A DNA stretch of 55,383 nt from Macrostomum lignano (GCA_002269645.1 NIVC01001729.1:1-55383); one strand, 5' to 3'; counted from the stretch's first letter, positions 11,788-25,476 are shown. A program made the numbers and translations. Notes: generated by a model from the letters alone, not told the origin.

Positions 11788-13552
11788 ATAGGCCTAATTA
11801 TTAGATTATTATGATAGGTCTTTTATTATAAACTAAAAAATGGGTAATACAATACTGCATGCCCACATTTATCTTAACTTTAGCATTTATTTACTATTGA
11901 AACTAGGCCTAGGCCTTATTGCACTCATAAAGCTTTGAAACTAGGAATATTTAGGCCTATTCATTTTACTACCTTATATCTATTTATAAAACTAAGCTGG
12001 CTCTAATAATTGACAATGAAAATCTAGTTTTTAGTATTAATTTAAAATTTGTTTATTAATTTAGTTATCTATATTCAGTTTTAATTTTATTTTTCATAGG
12101 TAAATATGATTTTTTAATTAGTATTATTTAATAACTTAGATTTTGGCTATTAGGGTCTAATCCAAATACTAAATAGTACTTAGATGTCTAATTGTTACAT
12201 TTTTATTCAATAATCTTTAATTTTACTATAAGTATTTTGTACCAATATATTATCCTATCATCTATCTTAATAGATAGATAGTTATCATGCCAATTAAATT
12301 TTTGGTAGTAACTTACACTAGCAACCATTTTAGACAAAAGGCTGCAAAATCTAATCTTGTTAGATTTCAAACAGATTTCCTTATGATATAAATTATGTCT
12401 AGCATTGTATTTGACATACTTAATCCTTTGATCTTTCATGTGCCTATCTGACTTCAGTGGAAATTTTTGCAAAGCATCAACCTGCTAAAATGCCATTGCA
12501 CAAGATGATATACTTTTGGATACCAATTAAAGTGATCCACAAAGTGTCTTTCCTGACACCACAAGGTCTTCATTACATTTGACTTTAGCAAGTGAGTAAA
12601 TTTTCTAAATGTTGTTTTTTTTAATATATGGATAAGGGTTAGTAAAAAGCAAGGGTCAATGTGGTTGGGGCAAAAGATGATATATCCTTACCTTTTACAT
12701 GGCTAGTTTCCCTAAATTTATGATGGCATAGTTTGTAGCAAAATTTATGGTATAACCTTTTAGGAAAGTTCATTCCAATAAAAAGACAAAATTTCTCATT
12801 TTACCATTGCCCATACCTACCAACATTTTAGTGTGGTGGATGGACTCCAGCACTAGGCCTATTGCTCATCATTGCAGCACTCAAGTCAAAGTTTTGCATT
12901 TTTGGGCTTCCAATATCAACTAGAGCGATAGTCTCAATTGGAGGCCATGGAAAGCAATCTCAAGCATGCTGGTAGAGCCTGGTGCCAACCTTGGAAAGAA
13001 TTTGGAGCCCACCTGATTGTTAATCATTTTTCATCTGGCAGCTGCAACTGAGCATTGGAAATGGAATTCACTATATCTATAACTGGCCAGCGGGAACTGC
13101 ACACTGAGAAGCAATGCCCATGTCCTTCACCCCACATAACATTGAGGTCTCACTTTAGTGGTCTTAGCGATGTAGGATGCGATCTTCATAGACATGCCAT
13201 TGAACCTGATCTGCTATGCCACATCTCAAGAAAGCTGACTAATGTTTTAAGGGTATAGTGCGGCAAGACTGAGTCTGATAGATAGTCCAATTTCAGCCAC
13301 TGTAGGCCGACTGTGCAAAATTAATTGAAGCAAATAAGCTTCATGGTACTTGCTAATTTGCCAATTTTTTCTCTTTTTAAATACTGATATCTGCTTTTCT
13401 GTTTAGTTTAGCTACAAGTTGCGCAGCCATTGGAGCTAAGGCCGCCCACGCATTGCCTGGATGTAGTGCTCCTCACTAACCCCGTGCATAAAACTCCACA
13501 TGGCCATGACAATCCAACTGCACTGTTAGTTCCACAAAAAAATTCTATGCCG

Positions 13553-13722
13553 CATACATGCGCAACCTGGGGAATCACTCGGCCGTTTCTATTGGCAACA
13601 CACATGTAAGTCGCTATTGGCTGAGAATAGTCACGTGACTACTATTCCATCCAATAGCAACTTACATGTGTGTGTTGCCAATAGAAACGGCCGGGTGAAT
13701 CCCTAGGTTGCGCCCAGGCATG
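13553..13722. mobile_element. Palindromic MITE, copy 3
   Basis: Same family; TSD CTATGCCG / CTATGCCT (7 of 8 match). Confidence 0.85.
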
Positions 13723-16700
13723 CTATGCCTGGTAAACACTTAACACTACACTGCTGGTTATTATACTCATATTTCGACCTCCAAATTAAGCCAAGCCTTT
13801 ACAGTATTTAAATTTACTTTTCTGATTTACTTTTGATTTACTTCATAGATACAAGTACCATGTCATACAAAATATTTACTCAATTTTGCCCTTGCAGTTG
13901 CATATTATGAGCTGTGCATCTTTGTGCCTGGTTTATTTTTCCATTTCTGAAACATCAAACATTGCAAAAAACCAATTCAAAAACAAAGAACATTTTCTAT
14001 TTTCTACATCAGTATGTATAAAGAATGTATCTATACATTGCTCTTTTAATGTTTCAATGCACTGTATATATATTATAAATTACATCTTACATTCTTTGCA
14101 AGTCAAAACAGTTGAAAGTTCACATTTCAGATCTGTGAAACAAAATAAAATTCATTTGAAATGAAAAAAAGTCTTGTCTTTTTTATTTACTAAGGTGAAA
14201 GAGAAGTTATTAACTTTGAGTTATTTATAAGAAAGACATCACCAGCAAAAATTAAGGTAGTGCCAATGAGTCTTGAAGTGCTAGTGTCAGCCAGCAAGCA
14301 GTTAAAGAACTGCAGTTGCTCATCTTGAATGCAGTGCACAGTAGAATAGCCTCAAAGCTTGATGTTGTCTGGTTACTAGAGCACAGCAATCTTCTGTATG
14401 TTGACAACCAAACCAATTGCCAGCACAAAACCAACCAGCCTGCCTAGCTTTTTGGGTGGCAGGCTAGGTCACTGAGTTGTGACAAGTGAGCAGGACATGG
14501 AATGCCATAATGCAATCATTAGGTTGATCAAACATGAAGCATTGGCCAATACACAGCTAGTAGATAAGCTCAGAATGTAGGCTGAAAATCAGGCAGTGGC
14601 AATTGAGGCTTGTTGCTGGCAGCTGAAACAAAATATGTTGAAATATAAAGAATTTAATTGTTCAGGGTTAATGCAAAAATAAATATTATCAAAGGTTGTC
14701 AATTGTATTTTAATATATAAGTCAACATAAAAAAAAAGCTAATACATAAGCAAAAGGTACAAAAATTCAATTAGAAGTTTTACTACTATATGATGTAAAT
14801 TTTTAGCTAAAAAAGTAATTTAAACTTAAAATAGTACACATATAAAACTATTTTAACAAATTCCTTTTTCTTAAACTATTATTTAACATTTACCTTTTCT
14901 AACGACTAGCCTAATCTATTTATTTTGTTAATTATTAATGCAAATATATTTCTTATTAACACATTTTAACCTATAAAACTTGCAATTTAATAATAATAAT
15001 AATAATAATATTAAAAGTTAAATACTAAAAAAATCTAGAATATTTCTTATAGATAGGCCTACTTAGTAAAAATGGTTAGAGCTTGTTTTTGTGCCTAGGT
15101 CTATATGACTATATTCTTGCTCCTATATATGCAGGTCTAGCTTAAAAAACTGATAGCTTTCTAAAGACTTGAGGCCTAGGTAAAACAAGAAAAATGAAAA
15201 TGGTGGGGGCATATTGTAAATATTGTCCTTATATATTTAACTACATAGACAGGTCTATTAGTATAGTTACTACATTGAAATGGAATTATACCTACAATAA
15301 TGGCTTAATAGTACCGTAATGCAGCATTTTTATTGCAAATATACTTGATTTTAAAAAGGAAAAATACAAAGTTCGGCTAATGCCACTTGTGAGTATTTTG
15401 CAACTTGGGGCTTATGAAATAAAAAGAAAATAATATGAAGATGAAACTTTCAAGACACAACTACATTAAAATATAATAGAGTAACATGTTGTGCGTGCTA
15501 AATAAAAAGAATGGTTATCTTAGCTGCCTTAGATCAAATGCAATCATTGATTTTGTGATGAAAAAATGATTTGCTCCTATCTCCGCAGTGTATTTTTTCC
15601 AGGAAATCGTCCTCCTAAAAATTTACACGATCTTTGAGTTTTACGTCCTGCTAGTCTAGAAGTCCTTGCTCCTAATTACTCTTGCGGCACTCTGAGGCAC
15701 CGCGCCCTGTGGCATTGTCTCAACGCCTTACTGGCTGAAAATGTGAAAGGCTTTTAATTGTTGTTTAAGTCAGCCCGATCACTCTGAAGCTCTGGCTTGA
15801 AATTGAGGCATTGTCATGGCTTCAACGCTTGAAATTGTTGTTTCTTCTCCAAGGTGTACAGGATGACATGCAGCGTCACAGGGCCAAATATTGCGGCAGC
15901 AACGCCAATTACAAGAAACTACTGCATGGAAATTTAATGTTTCAGCCATGCTTTCAAGCAGCTGCGAGCGCGCTACTGTACATGCAGCTGTGACTGCAGT
16001 TCAGACTTATGGCAGCGACTCTCTGGAAGGAGCTGGTGCCAATCCGACGGGTGGGTCAGGGCGTCGACATGCATGGGTTTATTAGTGATGGGGGGACGTG
16101 CCACAAATTGCATAAGGTTAGCCAAAAATGATCTACATGTACATGTACACATGTAAATTACTATAAATTCTTGCATATAATTTACATGTACACTTTTTCA
16201 GAATCGCAGTGTTGTCACTTGAATAGCAATTGTTTAGTGTCGCAGACAGATCTAGGCGCTATTTTGTCGCCCTGAAGCAATCATCACCGCGGTCACACAA
16301 ATATGTGGGGTACGTGGGCCGTAGTCAACTTTCAACTTTTCTTGTTTATTTTTTCAGCATCAAACCGTCCAGGCCAACCCCTTAATAAATTTCTGGGTGC
16401 GCCACTGGGTGTAAAGTGGAAACTAAGGAACGGCGGAGCGAAGGACGTGCAGTGGAATTTTTGATTGTATAATACTTGGAGCTAAATAAACCTCCCAAGT
16501 TCGGCAAAAATTATGATTTTTTACTTAATATTTTAATACTTCTGCAAAATTGTCAATAAATTTTAATTTCAATAACTACTTTACGATTCATTAGTAGAAA
16601 TGTTTGTATAAGATTTTGTTTTAACTGGTATATTTGCATTTAAATTTGCTTCTCAACAACAGATTTTTTGTCATGAAGTCTAGCTAGCGTTATGCGCTGA

Positions 16701-19700
16701 GGGGCAGAGACGATAAATTCTCATAGTAATACAGCTTCAATACAGGGTATAGTATATGCGCTGAGTGTTGGGTCAGGACGATTATTCCTACAGCTTCAGC
16801 AGTCAGTTAAGCTTGTGTCCATTGAATGCTATCATTTTATTAGGATTTATAAAATGCACCATCAAGATGTATGCAGATTTTCTTTTAACATAGGTAAGTG
16901 CAAATATAATCCATTCAAATTCAAAATAGCAACTGTCTACTGTTTTTTGTCTAAATTTATATGACTAGGCCTAAGCTTAACCAGGCTCTAGGCATTAAGA
17001 GAACCAGTACAGTAGAGTAGGTTTAAATTTTCAAGTTAAAAGCTATAAATTGCTCATTGATAGGTTCCAGTTCCTATGGTTCTTTTCAGAAAATTGAAAT
17101 AAAGCCTATCAACATCCACATAAATGCATGGCAATAATTTCCAATTTAATCTACCTGGTATGTCCGTGTGGTCATAATTTGTAATGGAAGTGCTTCTCCC
17201 CACAGTCCCATGCCAATTGCAATAATTCCAATTTTATCCACACGGATCCATGTCAATAATTTCCAGCTTATCCCCATGGTAGCTTATTGAAATAGCTGCC
17301 ACCATTCAAGTCTATAGGCCGTGTCAATAATTCCAATTTTATCCATATAGATCTGTGTCAATAATTTCCAGCTAATCCCCATAGCAGCTAATTAGAATAA
17401 AGAACCTTAAAATGAATCTGTTCAAAAACTGTCTTTTTGTTTTTATTGTTTTACAAATCTTCCAAATAAACTACATATATATTGAATAGTATCAAGTACT
17501 TTGTTAAAACTTTTTGTCATTAAAAGGGTTAATTTTAAATATTTGCATGGCTGCTAGCTTTAATTAAAACAACCAAATGACCCAAAGATCAAAGTAAATG
17601 AGACTTGCAAAATCTAACTTTCAATATATAATAAGAATGATAATAGTACTAATAATAATAACAATATTGATTTAATGTCAGTACACAAAACTAAACATAA
17701 ACAACTGCACAATCTTAGCCATCGAAATAAGCTAAAAATTATTGACATGGATCCGTGTGGGTAAAATTTGAATTATTGGCATGGGACCATGGGGATAAGC
17801 ACTTCCACTTATAATATTTATTTTGGAATATTTTGTATGTAATAAAGTCTATTGGCACATATTAGCATACATGAGCTTATGAGCTAAAGAAGCAATTTTC
17901 ATTCCAGCATACACTAGTACATGATCTTGACCCTGGCCCCTAGCAAACTTAAAAATTTACACTTCTCTAATGTGTACCAAGAAAAGACAATTATAAAATA
18001 ATACTTTAAATACTTTTTATTTGCTAAAATTGATTTAAAAAAGGCAAAAACCAAAAATCAGGTGCAAGTTTTATGAAAACCCTTTATTAGCAATTTGAAA
18101 GCAATAAAAGTATAAAATTAAATTATTTGAATTTTTTAAATTTAGAAACATTTATAAAAGCATAATTATTTCACATATAGATTTATTTTTAATAAAATTA
18201 TTTGTTAAAATGGTAAATTAAATTACGACTAATATGTCTCTAATAAAAATGATAGAAAATCTAATAATATATTTATTAACTTCAAGTATCTTATAATAGT
18301 AGATTCTATAATGCTACAACATATTTAATATTCTTTTCAAGGGTTTATTTGTTTATCACTTGTTATTATTGACAATGTAATTTCATTGGTATTTGTTGCT
18401 TAATAAGCATACAGTAAGCATCTAATTTGGAAGCCAGGTAACACATTAGAATTCCCATAGGTATTGGAAAATTGCATTTTATTTAGCTTTTATTGAAAAG
18501 TTTTAGAAAATTCCTTTTTTCTTGCATACGCGTTGCAATGATACATATTTTTGTATAATTTCATTGTTCTTTGTCACCTCATAAGCCTACATAAATCATT
18601 TGATTTGAATGCCAGGTTCATATTTTTGGTACCATTTTTTACCCAAAAATGTTAAGTCTAAATGCAGGCATAATACATATACCAATACTATGCAAGTTGA
18701 TATTTAAAGAAAAGAAAACAACTTAAATTGTGTAGATTGATTGGGACTTGGAACTATTGGTACTACCTGCTGTCTCGGCAATCTCTATATGCTAAGCTGT
18801 ATGCCAAGACTGAGGGCACACCAGACCCCTTTGTACACCAAGCTGTATGCCCATGGTGTACTCTAGGTTCCTCTATACGCCAGAATTTCCAAGTGGACCA
18901 AGCGGAATTTCTGGCGTACAATATACCATCTGGAGTCTGGGTCATATATACTAGAATATATGCTAATGTATGCTAAAAATGGCAATTAGCCTCATTGTAT
19001 GCTAGGAAATCTTAGCATATATGTTGCCTTCTGGACTATGGCCTAGGGGTAGGGTAATCTTGTAGTTTTGTACATTTAATTATTTATGTTGAAAAAATAA
19101 CTTTGAAGTAACTTTAAACTTAGTAAATGATAGAATAAATAATTGGGAACAAATTTAACATATTATTGAATGCCTACTTTTGTTTAAACACTATAAACAA
19201 TGTTAGTGTCCAATATTAAAGTGGATAATAATGTGACATCCAATATAAGAATTTCCAATATAAGACTCTAATGAGTCTAAGATCTTCAAGATCAAGAACA
19301 AGACCTATATATTATTTATACATTTATACATATATCTACATATTTATATACATTGTTTTGCATTTGAGTTGCCAGCTATCTAGGGAAAGATTAACACATT
19401 AAAATTGGCCTATTGATTGATCAATCGAATGATTAGTCCACTCAGTTTTAGATATAAAAGAAGAAAGAAGAGAGAGAAGATATAGTATATAATATTCTAG
19501 GTAATTTTATAGAACTTATTATTTGCTAATCTAATTAGCTAATTAGCAAATTAGCATAATTCTCTAGTTTTTTATAGTTTTATAGGTGAAATTTGCAGTT
19601 TTCTCATATAAGTTTCAACATTGAATCACAAATAGTCTAGTGGGAATTATCAAACATACAAAAATACACACACATACACATAGAAACATGTCAGTTTTAG

Positions 19701-19966
19701 TATATTGAGTGGGTATAGAAACAGTATATAAATTGCATATAGATTGTGTATATATTGTCTTTCAAAATTTCTTCTAGTGCATACTGTCCCACTTTCCTAC
19801 CTATGGTTGCCTATTTGTATCCTTATTGTAGACATTTTTAACCAAGCCAGGAATGTTTACTTCTATAAAATGCAATCCCATAGGACAAAGCATAAAAGAA
19901 CTATTTTTGTGAAATATTTGCTAAGATTTCTTCTAACTCTTAACTTGTTTTTAAATCAAATTTTAG

Positions 19967-22900
19967 ATGCAGCCAAGAAAGGTTATCAAGATTTCATTGC
20001 GACCAGGTAAGTATATTTATTGTTCTCTAACAAAATTCTCATTTCTATAAGATAGGTACTTTGTCTTTCTTGAGAAAGAAGAAAGTTTATCCAACTTTAA
20101 GTAATTTGTTCACCTATTTCCTAAGAGATAGTGTACTTTTCTTCTTATAAAAATCTTTGAATGCTGTCTATATGTGCATTTTTTTAAATTGGAAGCAGAT
20201 AGAAAGCAAATGTTTGCTAATGTGGTATATGGGTTTCTTGTTAAATTTGATTAACTTGAGAGAAGCAATATTGCGCCATTGGAGAAGTTGATGGCTTAGT
20301 GAAGCTAGCCTTCATAAAGATTTTCTAAGAAACAAAGCGTCATCATTGATCTCCCAATTGGACTTCCATCTGTCGTCCATCTCTTCAAGAGGCAGTATTT
20401 ACTTTGAACAGGCCCCCAGCCCGCTGCCCCTACGACAGCCGCCTGTTTCGCTCCATTATCAATCGCCACTTCGAGTCCAGCGACTCTCTGCCGCAGTCAT
20501 CATCGCAGCAGCAGCAGCAGCGGCGGCAAAGCTCTGGAAGCAGCTGTCGGAGCCGTCGAAGTCAGGCACCAGCTGACCGACTCAGCGGCGGCAGCGGCGG
20601 ACTTGCCGACGTCAGCAACGGCTCCATCTCAAGCTCGTTGCATCGTCGGGAATCGTCGCGCAGCGCTATGCTAGTCCAGCGAAGCCTTCGCGAGCTGATG
20701 CGCCAGCAGTCGCTGAGCCAGCAACAGCAGCAACAGTCCTTGGCTTCCAATCCAGTGTCTCGACGTGAATCCTCGCTGTCCATGGCTCCGCTTGATTCGG
20801 CGCCCAGATCGCCCTGTTTCACCAGTCAGGATGAGCTGATTGAGCATCTGGGCGGCTTGCTGACTGACCGCTGCCAGCAGCGACAGGTGCCCCAGGTCAA
20901 GACCGAAGATGATGCTGAGGAGGGGGTCAGGTTTTTTATTGGCTCCGATCGGACATCCTCGGCCGCTGCCGGCGACGCAGCAGCGCTGGCGAACTCCGCC
21001 CAGGCCGTGGCCGACTGCCTGCTGGGCCTGCCGCCGATGCCGCAGACTGAGCTGTCGCTAAGCGACATCACCGAGCATCAGAGAATTATTAAACGAAGCA
21101 GCGAATTAATCAATTTTGCTGTGCAGTGCCTTGATCAGGTCCAGCCGGCGGATTTAGGAGACGACGAGAAATGGACTATGTAAGATCCCTTAGCGCTGGA
21201 TGCTGACCTTTAATACCATTGTCCATGTAGGAATCTCTTTTGAATACAATATATTTATATCGTTTCTATTTGTGTACAGGAGCCAGCTCAAAGTGTTCGG
21301 TCTCCTCACGGCTCTGGACCAAGCTGGCTGCGCTGACGATATCGACTCGACAGACGGCGAGGCGTTGGTTAAATGGGTAAGCAAATTGTTGAAGACTTGG
21401 ATTAATGTATTCGCCAACAGGCTGGGTCGATGTATTGTCAGTTGGGTCACATAGATCAATCTAGGCCAATAAAGGCTATTAGGTCAAATAAGATCATTGG
21501 TTAAATTTTAGTCTTAGGGTCAATTTTATGTCTTTGTGGCATTTATTTCGGTCCTCTGGTCAATATAGGCCATCGTGTCAATGCGGGTCATCAGGTCAAT
21601 CTAGGTCATCATGTCAATCTAGGTCATCAGGTCAATCTAGGTCATCAGGTCAATCTAGGTCATCAGGTCAATCTAGGTCATCAGGTCAATGTAGGTCATC
21701 AGGTCAATCTAGGTCATCAGGTCAATCTAGGTCATCAGGTCAATGTAGGTCATCAGGTCAGTGTAAGTCAATCTAGGTCATCATGTCAATCTAGGTCATC
21801 ATGTCAATCTTTGTCATCAGGTCAATCTAGGTCAATCTGGGTCATCGGGTCAATCTAGGTCAATCTGGGTCATCAGGTCAATTTAGGTCAATCTGGGTCA
21901 TCAGGTCAATCTAGGTCAATCTGGGTCATCGGGTCAATCTAGGTCAATCTGGGTCATCGGGTCAATCTAGGTCAATCTGGGTCATCAGGTCAATCTAGGT
22001 CAATCTGGGTCATCAGGTCAATCTAGGTCAATCTGGGTCATCGGGTCAATCTAGGTCAATCTGGGTCATCGGGTCAATCTAGGTCAATCTGGGTCATCAG
22101 GTCAATCTAGGTCAATCTGGGTCATCGGGTCAATCTAGGTCAATCTGGGTCATCAGGTCAATCTAGGTCAATCTGGGTCATCAGGTAAATCTAGGTCAAT
22201 CTGGGTCATCAGGTCAATCTGGGTCATCAGGTCAATCTGGGTCATCAGGTCAATCTAGGTCATTCAGTTTAACCTAGGTCATCAAGTCAATCTAGGTCAT
22301 TCAAGTTAATCTAGGTCATTCAGGTTAATCTAGGTCATCAAGTCAATCTAGGTCATCAGGTCAATCTAGGTCATTCAGGTTAATCTAAGTCATCAAGTCA
22401 ATCTAGGTCATTCAGGTCAATCTAGGTCATTCAGGTTAATCTATGTCATTCAGTTCATCAGGTCAATCCTGGTCATTCAGATCAATGTAGGTCATTCGGG
22501 TCAATCTAGGTCATTCAGGTCAATCTAGGTCATTCAGGTCAAAGGTCAATCTTATCCCTCCAGCCCCCGCCAGTCGTTAACCGCCCGGCCCCGCTCTCAT
22601 CTTCCGCAGAGCTTTAACCAGCTGCGCAGTCATTTATTCTTCCCGGACGGCCGAGTGTCCAGCTTTCTGTCCGAGCGGCTGGCCTCCGTCTGGCCGAGCC
22701 GTCAGTCCGGCATTGGCCGGCTTGTCCGAGACATTCGTCTGGAGATGGCGCTGCCTGTCAGCGACGACGAAGACGAAGACAGCGACGCTCCGCAGGACGG
22801 CGAGCCTCTGTTGAACAGCTTGAACGCCAGCCAGCACGACATCGCCAGCGGCAGCGGCCTTCTCGATGCCACCATCGAGGACGCCAATGCCGAGTTTCCC

Positions 22901-24292
22901 GACTTGTCGGCCGCTCCGGCCATACCGGCTTTCTATTGCGGAGTTGAACCGCCGGTGCTGTGCGACACCGGCCGCGACGGTGGACTCGGCCGGTCCGGAC
23001 TGCCACGGTGCGGCAGCGCCTCCTCCACAGTGCTGCGCGGAATGACCAGTGAGGAGACTGCTGCTTTGTTTTACTGCTGTCGTTTGGCTAAAAGCTTTAA
23101 GCTCGAGACTTCTCAGGCTCGAAGTTTCTCCGACTCGAAACTTCTCAAACTCGAAACTTCTCAAACTCGAAACTTCTCAAACTCGAAACTTCTCAAACTC
23201 GAAACTTCTCAAACTCGAAAATTCTTAAACTCGAAAATTCTTAAACTCGAAACTTCTCAAACTCAAAACATCTTAAACTCGAAATCTCTTAAGCTCGAAA
23301 CGTCTTTAAGCTCAAGACTCTCAAACTTGAAACTTCTCAAGCTTGAAACTACTTTAACTCGAAGCTTCTCCATCTCAAAGTTTGAATTTGTCCCATTTAT
23401 TTTTTAGTAGGAATTCATCAATATAAAGTTTAGAGCTTATGAAAGCGAGTCGCAACCCTCCTCTTGACCTTGGAAAGCAACATAAATAATTACTGTCACT
23501 TTTGTTATCCAAGAAAGTTTTTTTTGAAAATTCAGACAGATAAACCGCGAACGCTGCAGAGGTTAAGCAGTGACGGCCGTGGTTAGACTACGCAATTTGG
23601 TAATCTCCAAATTGAAATTGAAAATTTTCTTTATCTATTCGCCCGCAAACACAGACCAGCGCCAGCTCTTTGTCCCGGCTGCCACGGTGGCCGCCACCTC
23701 CATTGTTGGCGCCGGCCGCCTGGCATCGTCAGCGTCGTTTGCCGGCGCGCCTGGGACGCCGCCTTCGCCCGGGCAGCAGGCGGATAAGAAGAATAAACGA
23801 AAGAACAACTCGTCTAAAAGGCGCAGCTCCCGAGTTCGAGTGTTGGAGACGCCGACACCGAAGCGGAGCCGCCTCCGGCTGCAGCGACTGGCCTCGGAGC
23901 GGACCCGGCACTGTCCCATCGTCATCGGCGAGTCGCCGCCGGGGTCGCCGAGCTCGCCGAGTCCGTCGGCCTCCTTGCTGATGCTGCGTGCTGCCGCCGC
24001 CGACAAGGAGAATCAGCAGCCAGCCAGAGCGCGCAGCTGCCGAGCCGCCGCCCTCGCCGACGCCTGGGTGCAGCGGCAGCGGGACCGCGAGGCCGAACTG
24101 ACCCGCTTTGACGATCTGAGCGTCGGCGGCGGGCTGTACGAAGATGACGACTTGAATTCGCGCGGCTCGCAGCATTCGGTGGCCAGCAGCAGCGCCTGTC
24201 GGCGGATCTCCTTCCAGCCCGACGGCGGCAGCAGCGGCAGCGGCCTCGTCCGGCGGGCGTCTCAGCTGTTTGCCAATCTGGTCAGCCCCTGA
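19967..24292 (+). CDS. TICRR: Treslin/TICRR (Sld3-like) replication initiation factor, 5'-incomplete
   Basis: Phase-consistent GT-AG exons 19967-20006, 20412-21179, 21280-21376, 22610-23048, 23655-24292. FTSQDELIEHL, EKWTMSQLKVFGLL, VSSFLSERL and IGRLVRDIRLEMALP match the recalled Sld3-Treslin domain (human FKTEEELLSYI, DKVRECQLQVFLRL, LAEFLEEIL, LGNLYNSLGFVIP). VLETPTPK...VIGESP matches the paired CDK sites (human VAETP / VVEESP). Confidence 0.75.
21590..22545 (+). repeat. Intronic minisatellite, 18/27-bp (GTCAATCTAGGTCATCAG)
   Basis: Tandem units inside Treslin intron 21377-22609. Confidence 0.93.
23100..23390 (+). repeat. Intronic ~16-bp degenerate repeat (CTCGAAACTTCTCAAA)
   Basis: Tandem units inside Treslin intron 23049-23654. 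Confidence 0.85.
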
Positions 24293-25476
24293 GTTGCACT
24301 GTTTATTTCACTGTCTGACCCCCTGAGTTGCACTGTTTATCTCACTGTCTGACCCCTGAGTTGCACTGTTTATCTCACTGTCTGACCCCTGAGTTGCACT
24401 GTTTATCTCACTGTCTGACCCCCTGAGTTGCACTGTTTATCTCACTGTCTGACCCCTGAGTTGCACTGTTTATCTCACTGTCTGACCCCTGAGTTGCACT
24501 GTTTATCTCACTGTCTGACCCCTGAGTTGCACTGTTTATCTCACTGTCTGACCCCTGAGTTGCACTGTTTATCTCACAGTCTGACCCCTGAGTTGCACTG
24601 TTTATCTCACAGTCTGACCCCTGAGTTGCACTGTTTATCTCACAGTCTGACCCCCTGAGTTGCACTGTTTATCTCACTGTCTGACCCCTGAGTTGCACTG
24701 TTTATCTCACAGTCTGACCCCTGAGTTGCACTGTTTATCTCACTGTCTGACCCCTGAGTTGCACTGTTTATCTCACAGTCTGACCCCTGAGTTGCACTGT
24801 TTATCTCACAGTCTGACCCCCTGAGTTGCACTGTTTATCTCACTGTCTGACCCCTGAGTTGCACTGTTTATCTCACAGTCTGACCCCTGAGTTGCACTGT
24901 TTATCTCACTGTCTGACCCCTGAGTTGCACTGTTTATCTCACTGTCTGACCCCTGAGTTGCACTGTTTATCTCACAGTCTGACCCCTGAGTTGCACTGTT
25001 TATCTCACAGTCTGACCCCTGAGTTGCACTGTTTATCTCACTGTCTGACCCCTGAGTTGCACTGTTTATCTCACAGTCTGACCCCTGAGTTGCACTGTTT
25101 ATCTCACTGTCTGACCCCTGAGTTGCACTGTTTATCTCACTGTCTGACCCCCCTGAGTTGCACTGTTTATCTCACAGTCTGACCCCTGAGTTGCACTGTT
25201 TATCTCACTGTCTGACCCCTGAGTTGCACTGTTTATCTCACTGTCTGACCCCCTGAGTTGCACTGTTTATCTCACTGTCTGACCCCTGAGTTGCACTGTT
25301 TATCTCACAGTCTGACCCCTGAGTTGCACTGTTTATCTCACTGTCTGACCCCTGAGTTGCACTGTTTATCTCACTGTCTGACCCCCCTGAGTTGCACTGT
25401 TTATCTCACAGTCTGACCCCTGAGTTGCACTGTTTATCTCACTGTCTGACCCCCCTGAGTTGCACTGTTTATCTCA
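24287..25476 (+). repeat. 32-bp minisatellite (CCCTGAGTTGCACTGTTTATCTCACTGTCTGA), ~36 copies
   Basis: Directly adjacent units with no spacers; the first unit supplies the TGA ending the Treslin frame. Confidence 0.95.

Larger units (their letters stand above)
10809..15668. mobile_element. 4.86-kb DNA transposon derivative with ~520-bp TIRs and 8-bp TSD
   Basis: 10809-~11332 is the reverse complement of ~15145-15668, with no mismatch seen by eye. Termini CAAGGACTTCTAG...CTAGAAGTCCTTG. CTCCTAAT is duplicated at 10801-10808 and 15669-15676. No intact internal ORF. Confidence 0.9.

Noticed and set aside
12200-13310. Definite P-element transposase inside the long-TIR element
   Set aside because: Only vague motif echoes across stops and frameshifts; not supportable without a profile search.
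16385-16410. AAATTTCTGGGTGCGCCACTG, resembling a DNA-transposon right end
   Set aside because: No matching left end or TSD was found in the window.
18728-18976. 82-aa ORF as a candidate upstream Treslin exon
   Set aside because: No recognisable similarity and no convincing splice sites in the required phase.
23049-23407. LETSQ-repeat extension of ORF 22655-23407
   Set aside because: Read-through into an intron; the donor at 23049 and acceptor at 23654 give a phase-correct splice.
24287-25476. 32-bp repeats resembling a CRISPR array
   Set aside because: The units are adjacent with no unique spacers, there are no cas genes, and the context is eukaryotic. The same applies to the other 21-36-bp arrays.
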